From: an uncultured Clostridia bacterium
Lineage (GTDB): Bacteria > Bacillota > Clostridia > UBA1381
Assembly: GCA_944392335.1 (NCBI GenBank)
Contig: CALXWJ010000005.1
Span: 9 to 64,008, forward strand
Direction of reading: 5' to 3'
Length of the DNA stretch: 64,000 nucleotides
Part shown: in pieces, positions 55,683 to 64,000 of the stretch
Position numbering within the stretch: the first letter of the stretch is position 1
Layout of the letters: the number at the start of each line of letters is the position of its first letter
Program-made: the position numbers and the translations under genes
The notes under the pieces: model-generated
Database searches by the model: none
Seen by the model: the letters and a program-made list of their open reading frames with translations, nothing else
Told to the model about the DNA's origin: nothing

Positions 55683-56525
55683 ATGAGAGTAATCAATTCA
55701 GATGAAATAACAAAAAGAGTAGAGCAGATGTGTATTAAAGCAAACTGTTGTCTGAACAATGATATAATGGACGCGTTAAAGAAAGCTGAGGATGAAGAAG
55801 CTTCCGAAGTCGGGAAAGAAATAATAAAAAAGCTTGAAGAAAATGCTTTGATAGCTGCAAAAAAGGAAATGCCTATTTGCCAGGATACGGGCATGGCGGT
55901 GTTTTTTGTAAAAATCGGAAAGGATGTACACGTTGAGGGGGACAGCATCACAGACGCCATAAACAAGGGTGTTGCTTTGGGCTATACAAAAGGTTATTTG
56001 AGAAAATCGGTTGTTGCAGATCCGTTAAAACGCGTAAACACTAATGATAATACACCGGCTGTTATTTATTATGATTTCCGCGATGGGGACAGGATAGAAA
56101 TAACCTTTGCCCCGAAAGGTTTTGGGAGTGAAAATAAATCAGGAATAAAAATGCTTAATCCGTCCGATGGGATCAACGGGGTTATAAATTTTGTTGTTGA
56201 AACAGTAGAAAAAGCGTGTGGGAATCCCTGCCCGCCCATGATTGTTGGAGTAGGAATAGGCGGAACAATGGATAAGGCTGCGTATCTTTCGAAAAGAGCG
56301 CTGACAAGAAGTATTGACGAAAGAAATCCAGATCCGCTGTACGCAGAGCTTGAAAATAAACTTCTTGAACAAATAAATTTAACAGGCATCGGCCCGCAGG
56401 GCATGGGAGGCACCACAACCGCATTGGCAGTTAATGTGGAGGTATATCCGACACATATTGCTGGCTTGCCGGTTGCCGTAAACATTAACTGCCATGCAAC
56501 CAGACACGCGACTGAAATTATATAA
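55683..56525 (+). CDS. Class I (Fe-S) fumarate/tartrate hydro-lyase, alpha subunit
   Basis: ..PICQDTGMAVFF.., GFGSEN, VGVGIGGT and NINCHATRH. No beta-subunit gene is adjacent. Confidence 0.85.
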   Translation: MRVINSDEITKRVEQMCIKANCCLNNDIMDALKKAEDEEASEVGKEIIKKLEENALIAAKKEMPICQDTGMAVFFVKIGKDVHVEGDSITDAINKGVALGYTKGYLRKSVVADPLKRVNTNDNTPAVIYYDFRDGDRIEITFAPKGFGSENKSGIKMLNPSDGINGVINFVVETVEKACGNPCPPMIVGVGIGGTMDKAAYLSKRALTRSIDERNPDPLYAELENKLLEQINLTGIGPQGMGGTTTALAVNVEVYPTHIAGLPVAVNINCHATRHATEII

Positions 56526-56646
56526 AATATTCGGCTCATATATGACAATATACATATGTGGAGCAAAATTTTTAACAGAATTGTATAAAATATTTAATAT
56601 ATATAAAAAAAATAAAAAAAATTGTTCAATTTATTACAAAATACTA

Positions 56647-56674
56647 TTGACATAGTATGAAAAAATGGTATAAT
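56647..56674 (+). promoter_or_regulatory. Promoter TTGACA-16 nt-(TGG)TATAAT of the sugar ABC operon
   Basis: Consensus hexamers at 56647-56652 and 56669-56674. Confidence 0.5.
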
Positions 56675-56749
56675 ATATACATGGTATATCAGCATTATTT
56701 TTAATGCTTATGTATAAAAAAATTGAGAAAGAAAAAGGAGAAAGAGAAA

Positions 56750-58234
56750 ATGAACAAAAAAAGACTTATCACTGGACTGTTGTGTCTTGCAACAGTTGGA
56801 ACAATGGCAGTTGGATTAAGCAGCTGCGGAGAAGGATCAAGCGGAGATACTTTGGTATGGTATACATTTGAAGACAGACCGGAAGATCTTGATACAGTTT
56901 TGGCGAAAGCAAATGAAATAATTGAGCCTGAAATAGGAATGAAGCTTGATATGCAATATATTGACAGTGCTTCTTATCAGGAAAAAATGAAGTTGAAAAT
57001 GGCTGCCGGAGAGGAATATGATCTTGCATTTACAGGGTACATAAATAACTATCAGACAGCTGTAAGCCTTGGTGGATTGTATGATATTACAGATTTAATT
57101 GATGAAGTGGGATTAAGAGAGGTTATTCCGGAGTTTTATTTTGATGCTGCTACTGTTGACGGAAGAATTTACGGTGTACCTAATATACAGGTTGTTTCAA
57201 ATCCGGTATGCTTACAGATGGATAAAGAACTTGTTGCTCAGCTTGGAATTGATTTGAATGCTATTCAGGAAGCTGCACAGAATGCAAAAAATATTGATGA
57301 TATAAAAGCATATGCTGCAATGTTGGATGATTTATTTGCAACAGTGCATGAGGCCCAGCCTGACAAATATGTATATAACCCTACATATAATTTGATTACA
57401 AGTCCAATGTATGAAGAACTTTTACCGGGTATTTGTATTAGAAGAGACGGTTCATCAACAGAGCTTCAGAAATGGATTGACACTGAAGAATGGAACTACG
57501 GAGTTGAAAAAATCCGTGAATGGTATCAGAAGGGATATATCAGAAATGATATAGCAAGTAAGGGTACTTCATTGACAACAAACGAAGAATACAGACAAAT
57601 TATTGTATCTGCCGGAACATGGAAGCCGGGACAGGATCCTTATGTAATGGAAAGAGATGGTTATGAACCTGCATATGCATTACTACACGTACCTTATGTA
57701 GGCAGAACAAGTGCATTGGCTACCATGAACTCAGTAGGTGCAAATACAAAACATCCTAAAGAAGCAGTTGAATTTTTGAAACTTATTAACTCAAATAAAG
57801 AGTTATTCAATATTATTTGTTGGGGAATAGAGGGTGTTCATTATACCAAGAATGAAGACGGAAAAATAAAAGAAATCGAAAATTCCGGATATAATGGTCT
57901 TGGTAAAAATGCATGGAAATACGGTAATCAATTTAACGCACTCTTGTTAGAAGATCAAGAGGATGGAATTTGGGAAGAAACAGAAGAAATGAATAATACC
58001 GCTATGCAGTCTCCTATGCTCGGATTTGTTCCTGATACTGATGTAATCACAAACGAACTTGCAAATATTACAAATATAAACAGTGAATATACGGCAAGAA
58101 TTGTGTTTGGTACAGAAGATCCGTCAGTTTATATGGATGCGTATAAGAATCAGCTTGAATCAGCAGGATTAACAAAAGTATTGGATGAATTACAGAAACA
58201 ATATGATGAATTTCTTGCATCAAAAGAAGACTGA
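56750..58234 (+). CDS. Extracellular solute-binding lipoprotein of a carbohydrate ABC transporter (LplA-like)
   Basis: Signal peptide with lipobox LSSCG and a large (about 490 aa) family-1 SBP. Start set to MNKKRLI. Confidence 0.85.
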   Translation: MNKKRLITGLLCLATVGTMAVGLSSCGEGSSGDTLVWYTFEDRPEDLDTVLAKANEIIEPEIGMKLDMQYIDSASYQEKMKLKMAAGEEYDLAFTGYINNYQTAVSLGGLYDITDLIDEVGLREVIPEFYFDAATVDGRIYGVPNIQVVSNPVCLQMDKELVAQLGIDLNAIQEAAQNAKNIDDIKAYAAMLDDLFATVHEAQPDKYVYNPTYNLITSPMYEELLPGICIRRDGSSTELQKWIDTEEWNYGVEKIREWYQKGYIRNDIASKGTSLTTNEEYRQIIVSAGTWKPGQDPYVMERDGYEPAYALLHVPYVGRTSALATMNSVGANTKHPKEAVEFLKLINSNKELFNIICWGIEGVHYTKNEDGKIKEIENSGYNGLGKNAWKYGNQFNALLLEDQEDGIWEETEEMNNTAMQSPMLGFVPDTDVITNELANITNINSEYTARIVFGTEDPSVYMDAYKNQLESAGLTKVLDELQKQYDEFLASKED

Positions 58235-58318
58235 AATGTACATTGAAAATTGAATAAATAACCGTACTCATACAGAGTTATGTATGAGTACGGTTAAGCA
58301 GATGAAAGGAGATTATAT

Positions 58319-59293
58319 ATGGCGTCAAAACAAAATGTTTCTGCAAAAAGCATGACAACACTAAGCAGAAAGAAAAGGAAACTTACAACCAGTGACTGGC
58401 AGTTATATTCTTTATGTTTAATTCCTGTATTGTTGGTTTTTATATTTAATTATATTCCTATGTTCGGTGTTATACTGGCATTTAAGAATTATAAGTTTAA
58501 TTTAGGTATATTGGGAAGCCCGTGGGTAGGCTTTTCAAACTTTGAATTTTTCTTTAAATCAAATGTATTTACACAATTGATATGGAATACCATATCCAAT
58601 AACTTCTTATTCATTGTATTTGGTATTATTGCTTCACTTATAGTCGCAATTCTGCTATTTGAATTGAAAAGCAGAAATGCAACAAAAACATTTCAGACAA
58701 TGTTGATAACACCGCATTTTATGTCGTGGGTTATCGTATCATATATGGTATATGCAATATTAAATCCTAATTACGGTTATTTAAATCAGCTTTTAGCTTT
58801 GTTTGGTATTGAAAAAATCGATTGGTATTCAAAGCCATATGCATGGCCTGTCATACTTACAATTACGTCAATATGGAAAAATGTTGGTATGGATTCTGTT
58901 GTTTATTATGCTTCACTTATGGGTATTGATACATCATTGTTTGAGGCTGCCGAAGTTGACGGGGCAAATAAATTCCAAAGAACCATACATATTGTATTAC
59001 CGAGCCTTGTTCCTTTGGTAACTATTCTAACGATCTTAAAAATAGGCGGAATCTTCCGTGCAGACTTTGGTTTGTTCTATACCGTAACACAGGATGGCGC
59101 CAGCGGTAACTTGTATGAAACAACAAACGTTATTGATACATACATATTCAGAACATTTAAAGATAACGCAACAGGTAACTCCTATGGTTTGACATCAGCG
59201 GTAGGTCTTTTACAATCTGTAGTCGGCATGATATTAGTAATTGCAACAAATGCATTGTCGAAAAAGGTTGATAAAGATTTGGGATTATTTTAA
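58319..59293 (+). CDS. Carbohydrate ABC transporter permease (LplB-like)
   Basis: Six TM helices with an EAA-type loop (EAAEVDGANKFQRTIHIVLP). Confidence 0.88.
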   Translation: MASKQNVSAKSMTTLSRKKRKLTTSDWQLYSLCLIPVLLVFIFNYIPMFGVILAFKNYKFNLGILGSPWVGFSNFEFFFKSNVFTQLIWNTISNNFLFIVFGIIASLIVAILLFELKSRNATKTFQTMLITPHFMSWVIVSYMVYAILNPNYGYLNQLLALFGIEKIDWYSKPYAWPVILTITSIWKNVGMDSVVYYASLMGIDTSLFEAAEVDGANKFQRTIHIVLPSLVPLVTILTILKIGGIFRADFGLFYTVTQDGASGNLYETTNVIDTYIFRTFKDNATGNSYGLTSAVGLLQSVVGMILVIATNALSKKVDKDLGLF

Positions 59294-59310
59294 TAGGAGG
59301 TACAAAAATA

Positions 59311-60189
59311 ATGAAAAGACAAAATAAAATTCAGCAAATAGTATTGATCATATTTTTTTCTCTTTTGTGCCTGGGTATAATTTTCCCATTTTGGCTATTG
59401 CTCAGTGCATCATTTTCAAACGAGGGTGTAATCACAACACAGGGTTATCAGATTTGGCCGAATCCTTTTGATATTTCGGCATATGAATATGTTTTCAGAA
59501 ATCCTGATCAAATTTTAAGAGCATATGGTCTTACTTTTGTATTTTCAATCAGTGCAATGGTTTTATCTGTTTTACTTATGTCAATGATTGCATATCCTTT
59601 GGCAAGAAGTAATTTGAAGGGTAAGAGTGTTATTAACTTTTATTTATATTTTACCATGCTGTTCAACGGAGGTCTTGTTCCTACATATCTTTTGGTATCA
59701 AGAACATTACATCTAAATGATACAATATGGGTATATATTCTGCTGGGATTGATTAATCCATGGTATGTATTTATGATAAGAACATTCTTTAAGGGTATTC
59801 CGGGTGAAATTGTGGAATCGGCAACTATAGATGGGGCGTCGGAATATACTATATTTGTTAGAATGATTCTTCCTCTTTCAAAGCCTGTATTGGCAACAAT
59901 TGCACTTTTTGTGTTCCTAGGCAAGTGGAATGACTGGAATACGGCGCTTATTTATATTACAAAACCTGAATTATACAGCTTACAGTATTTGCTGCAAAAA
60001 ATTATGGAAGATATTAATATTTTAAAACAAAATCAAGAGTTAGGTGGTATGTTATCCGTTTCAGACATACCTGCGGAAACAGTTCGTATGGCCATGGCAA
60101 TTATTGTTGCTGGTCCTGCATTAGTTGTATTCCCATTCTTCCAGAAATACTTTGTTAAAGGTCTTACTGTAGGATCGGTTAAAGGTTAA
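59311..60189 (+). CDS. Carbohydrate ABC transporter permease (LplC-like)
   Basis: EAA-type loop ESATIDGASEYTIFVRMILPLSKP. Confidence 0.88.
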   Translation: MKRQNKIQQIVLIIFFSLLCLGIIFPFWLLLSASFSNEGVITTQGYQIWPNPFDISAYEYVFRNPDQILRAYGLTFVFSISAMVLSVLLMSMIAYPLARSNLKGKSVINFYLYFTMLFNGGLVPTYLLVSRTLHLNDTIWVYILLGLINPWYVFMIRTFFKGIPGEIVESATIDGASEYTIFVRMILPLSKPVLATIALFVFLGKWNDWNTALIYITKPELYSLQYLLQKIMEDINILKQNQELGGMLSVSDIPAETVRMAMAIIVAGPALVVFPFFQKYFVKGLTVGSVKG

Positions 60190-60203
60190 TATTTGAAAAA
60201 ATC

Positions 60204-60235
60204 ACGGATGATTATTAAAATCATCCGTTTTTTTC
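60204..60235 (+). terminator. Intrinsic terminator after the sugar ABC operon
   Basis: ACGGATGA-loop-TCATCCGT followed by T7. Confidence 0.75.
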
Positions 60236-60237
60236 TT

Positions 60238-60555
60238 TATAATCTAAGTGCAGATGTCCCCTGCCGTTATCGGCGGCGGGTTCCATTTCAGAATTTCAGT
60301 GGGAGGTATAACTGCTGACAAGATGTTCCCCCCCCTGCCGTTATCGGCAGTGGGTTCCATATTGTAATCAGTGAGAGTTCAATCTCTCACTGATTACAGC
60401 GCAGGTGTTGCCTGCGCTCTTGTCCTCGCCCCAGACGGGGCAAGTTCCTATTGAATCTCCCACTCAAACCCTGAGGAGCTAACGCTCCCCGCACAGGCTG
60501 CAATCTGTCGCAATCTCTGCTCCTTGCAAGCAAAGCGGGAGCGTTGCTCCGATTT
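60238..60555 (+). repeat. Structured intergenic repeat, copy 9 (long form with nested/tandem partial 5' copy)
   Basis: 60238-60315 is a partial copy (H1 plus a truncated H2). It is followed by a complete core (about 60312-60455, starting TATAACTGCTGACAAGATGTTCC) and the 100-nt extension 60456-60555, which matches 1572-1671. Confidence 0.9.
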
Positions 60556-60581
60556 AAAAATGTATTTTGTATAAATAATTT

Positions 60582-62348
60582 CTAAACTGCAATAAAGTTA
60601 TCATTGGATTTTGTTATTATAGGAATTATTATTTTTACAGTTGTAACATTATCTGCAGAAGTTATTGAACATCCGTAATCATTACCGAATATAAGTTTAA
60701 TTCTTTGGTTTACATTTCTCAGCCCGATATGATTATTTTCGGGGATATCATCAACGCAGATAAGTGACTGCTGAATTTCAATAAGGCGTTGAGGAGGTAT
60801 GGTGGGGCCGTTATTTGTAACGGCAAATACAATATTTGAATTTTCTGTTTTAGCCGAAATGGTAATGATACCATTTTCATTTCGTAACAGTTTAACTCCG
60901 TGAGTTATTGCATTTTCTATTATGGGCTGCAAAATCATTTTAAGAGTATAATATTCATATATATTATCATCTATATCAAAAATAAAATCTATAGAATTGG
61001 CATGTTTAATGTTTTCTATTTCAATATATTTTTGAGTAGTGTCAAGTTCTTCTTTGATTTTTATAATAAAGTTTTTTGTATTAAGACATGAACGCAATAT
61101 ATCTGAGAGCTTGTCTATAATAACAACAAGCGGACTGTCACCCTGTCCTGATTCAAGAGCATAACTCGCAATTAAATTTAATGAGTTAAAAAGAAAATGA
61201 GGATTGATTTGTGTTTGCAGTGCTAAGGCTTGATATTTTTTTAGTTTTTGGATTTTATCCGCGAGTGAATCTTTGGACTTATCATCACAGTCAACTCTTG
61301 ACATCATGTTTTTTGTCAAATATACAAATTCACTGTATGAGTTATTGTCAGACGACGGCATTTCAATATAAGCAAAAGCATTGGAAATGGAATTATATAA
61401 CTTAAAAGTCCCTGCTATTGATAATACCGCCAATGCCAAAAATATAAACAAAAAATATAAGATCGTATTGGTTATAAAAGGATAAAATGCAGTAAAATAT
61501 ATCATTTTTGTCACTGAATATACAAGGATATAGTTTTCATATATCAATCTTGTTGACATGCATACATAATCCGAATTTTTGCTTATTTCATAGCTGCCGT
61601 ACCGGCTTTTTTGAATATCAGGAAGATCACTTAAAATATTATCGTCGGATGACATTATAAATTTTCCTTCATTGTCTGTAAGCAGAAGCGTTCCTGAAGA
61701 AGAATTTATTCCTGTTAATGAAGGGAGAAGCTTTTCAATATTAATATTAAAAAATACGGCGCCTTCGTTATTATATCCTTTATTTACAATATAACATAAA
61801 GTCATAATATTGTTTTTCCCTAATTTCCTGGCAGTTACACAACTGATACCATTACAGTTTTTGTAAATGGTATAACATTCGGAATCATAAAAATGATGTG
61901 AGAAATTACTGTTTTCGCTCGATAGGAAATAATCATTTGTTTTACTGTATATATGAATGGAATCAAGATAATTTAATGAAATATTTGTATTAATAAGCTG
62001 ATCAATAATTTCAGAGCTTGAGGTATATGTATTGTAACCGTTATCTTGTAAAAAAAAGTCATTCAGCAGAAATGTTTTAACATTACTGTTTGAAATTATA
62101 GATTCATAGTTTTTGTACAAAACATCAAATAACGTATCAAGAGCGGTTACGCTTCGTGACAAAATTTCAGTTGAACTGTATTTGAATGCAGCTTCGGTTG
62201 AACGTAAATTATATATAAATAAAACAATGTAAAAAAGTATAAAGGGGATTGTAAGTATACCGAACAACCCTTTCCAATAGTGTTTGAAAAGACTGTTTTT
62301 TGTATATTCAAAAAAATCATAATGTTTTTTTTTAAAAAACTTATTCAT
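60582..62348 (-). CDS. Sensor histidine kinase (YesM-like, LytS/YehU-type His-kinase domain)
   Basis: Two TM helices flank an extracytoplasmic domain, followed by QINPHFLFNSLN (H box) and an HATPase_c domain. Confidence 0.85.
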   Translation of the reverse strand: MNKFFKKKHYDFFEYTKNSLFKHYWKGLFGILTIPFILFYIVLFIYNLRSTEAAFKYSSTEILSRSVTALDTLFDVLYKNYESIISNSNVKTFLLNDFFLQDNGYNTYTSSSEIIDQLINTNISLNYLDSIHIYSKTNDYFLSSENSNFSHHFYDSECYTIYKNCNGISCVTARKLGKNNIMTLCYIVNKGYNNEGAVFFNINIEKLLPSLTGINSSSGTLLLTDNEGKFIMSSDDNILSDLPDIQKSRYGSYEISKNSDYVCMSTRLIYENYILVYSVTKMIYFTAFYPFITNTILYFLFIFLALAVLSIAGTFKLYNSISNAFAYIEMPSSDNNSYSEFVYLTKNMMSRVDCDDKSKDSLADKIQKLKKYQALALQTQINPHFLFNSLNLIASYALESGQGDSPLVVIIDKLSDILRSCLNTKNFIIKIKEELDTTQKYIEIENIKHANSIDFIFDIDDNIYEYYTLKMILQPIIENAITHGVKLLRNENGIITISAKTENSNIVFAVTNNGPTIPPQRLIEIQQSLICVDDIPENNHIGLRNVNQRIKLIFGNDYGCSITSADNVTTVKIIIPIITKSNDNFIAV

Positions 62349-63802
62349 TAATTTTCTCCTCTATATTTCTTTCTGTACTCCAAAGGTGTAAGCCCTGTTG
62401 CATTTTTAAATATTTTATAAAAATAATTTGTATCCCGAAAGCCGGACATTTCAGCAACATCAGGGATTTTGACATTTGTATCTTTTAGAAGCTGACGTGC
62501 TTTCTGAAGCTTTACGTTGGCAAGATAATCGCTGTATTTTTCCCCGGTTTGCTTTTTAAAATAAGAACTAAAATATATAGGGTTTAAAAATACATGTTTT
62601 GCCACATCATTTAAGGTAATATCATTTGCAAAATTATTATTGATAAACCGGCAGGCATTTTCTATAATATCATCCCTTGAATTGTTTGAAAGGCTGTCAT
62701 ATTTAATATTATTAATTTCCGAAATAACTGTATTTAACAGTTTTTCAGATGAGCAGTCATCAATAATAATATTCTTTTTCGTATAATTTGAAATATGAGA
62801 TAATATATGATTATATACAAGCTTTGACTGGTTTTCGTCAAAAATAGCTTTTATGGCTTCCGCACATCGTATTGCAGCATCAAAATCATTATTGTAAATA
62901 TATGATATTATATTTTTTGCCTGCTCTTCACATGTATAATATTGGCGTTGAGCTTTGTTAAATTCGTCTATATTATTAAAAAAGTTAAGGGCTTTGATGT
63001 CAACCGTCGTTTTAAGAATATTTTTAATATCCTGAATGATATCTTGAATATAAGCTGATACAGTATCTTTAAATTCATCCATATTTGTTTGCATTTTACT
63101 GAAAATAAAAACAGTTATAACATTTGAGGAATAATTAAACAGTACGCAATATATGCTTGAATTGTTCCGTGCAACTATTTTTGCGGCGATTTGATATAAT
63201 TCATCTTTTGAATGCGAAGGTTTTTCTTTGAGTAAATCAAACAGACCGTTAAGAATAAGAGAAACTGCTGAACACATACATGTATCATAACTTAAAACCA
63301 CATCATTTTTTTTCATTTCCTCAAAAAATTCATTATAATTTCCGTAAAAATTTGAGAGCAAGTTTAAAATGGTCTGCTGACGGTTTAAGTTTACCAATGA
63401 TGCAACGAATCCTTCCGGTTTTTCATCACGTGAGATCCTTTTCGATAGCTTATTTAAAAGAACTTCAAGCTTTGATAGTGTTATTGGTTTTAAAACATAA
63501 TGGACTACTTCTAAATCTATAGCTTTTTGCGCATATTCAAAATTATCATATGCACTTAAAATTGCAAATTTAATATTGGGGTAATGTTTATGACAATATT
63601 CACACAATTCAATACCCGTCATTTCGGGCAGCTGAATATCGGTTATAATTGCATCTACCGCATTGTTTTTTAAATATTCAATGGCATCGCTCGGGTGCGT
63701 AAATGCGGCAACAACTTCAAAATCATTTCGAATACCTGATAAAATCTTATTTAATTGGCGAAGAACTTGAATATCATCTTCAATAAGCATAATTTTAAAC
63801 AT
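62348..63802 (-). CDS. Response regulator with AraC-type HTH output (YesN-like)
   Basis: N-terminal receiver domain (MLIEDD..DAIITDIQLPEMTG) and C-terminal AraC HTH (..DVAEMSGFRDTNYFYKIFKNATGLTP). The stop/start overlaps the kinase gene by 1 nt. Confidence 0.88.
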   Translation of the reverse strand: MFKIMLIEDDIQVLRQLNKILSGIRNDFEVVAAFTHPSDAIEYLKNNAVDAIITDIQLPEMTGIELCEYCHKHYPNIKFAILSAYDNFEYAQKAIDLEVVHYVLKPITLSKLEVLLNKLSKRISRDEKPEGFVASLVNLNRQQTILNLLSNFYGNYNEFFEEMKKNDVVLSYDTCMCSAVSLILNGLFDLLKEKPSHSKDELYQIAAKIVARNNSSIYCVLFNYSSNVITVFIFSKMQTNMDEFKDTVSAYIQDIIQDIKNILKTTVDIKALNFFNNIDEFNKAQRQYYTCEEQAKNIISYIYNNDFDAAIRCAEAIKAIFDENQSKLVYNHILSHISNYTKKNIIIDDCSSEKLLNTVISEINNIKYDSLSNNSRDDIIENACRFINNNFANDITLNDVAKHVFLNPIYFSSYFKKQTGEKYSDYLANVKLQKARQLLKDTNVKIPDVAEMSGFRDTNYFYKIFKNATGLTPLEYRKKYRGEN

Positions 63803-64000
63803 TGATAAAAATCCCTGCCTTTCATAAGAATGTAATATTCATAAAAAATAATGGTCATAATATCAGAAATATTAAAAATAATAAAACATTTCATAAGACA
63901 GGTACAAGGATTTTTATACGTAAATTAAAATCCTTGCACCATTTAAAAATCAAATATTAACATATAGCACAGTTTAAAAATCAAATTTTTATAAAACATA

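Overview
This window looks like a Firmicutes/Clostridia chromosome segment, judged from a core block of rpmB, tRNA-Pro, hprK, murB, rapZ, yvcK, whiA and hpf at about 45.5-52.1 kb. That block is visibly A+T-rich. It is flanked by accessory blocks that look more G+C-rich by eye (GC was counted on only two 60-nt lines, about 50% versus 37%). No database or folding tools were run, so all family names come from motif recognition.

Gene content, left to right:
- IS6-family transposase.
- Fused MacB-type ABC/FtsX protein, co-operonic with two WYL-domain regulators.
- An ORF-free leader of about 590 nt made of five tandem stem-closed RNA modules (two are tRNA mimics), followed by RtcB RNA ligase and a DUF2828-like vWA protein.
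- AraC and ArsR regulators with an HMA protein and a P1B-ATPase metal module.
- HxlR regulator with a macrodomain/SirTM pair.
- MBOAT and SGNH proteins with an ECF sigma factor and an RsiV-like anti-sigma factor.
- Amt-PII fusion.
- Two MarR-linked heterodimeric ABC exporters.
- LysR-linked redox island with three exported flavodoxin-like modules and a DUF4405 membrane protein.
- 1008-aa double GT-C glycosyltransferase.
- Orphan fumarase alpha subunit.
- LplABC-like sugar ABC system with a YesMN-like two-component system.

Main leads:
1. The WYL pair, Y-RNA-like array, RtcB and DUF2828 locus is a candidate non-canonical Ro/Y-RNA/RtcB RNA-repair module.
2. A family of about 145-nt G+C-rich structured intergenic repeats is present at nine loci. 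It has long forms, a nested copy, and copies that bracket gene cassettes.
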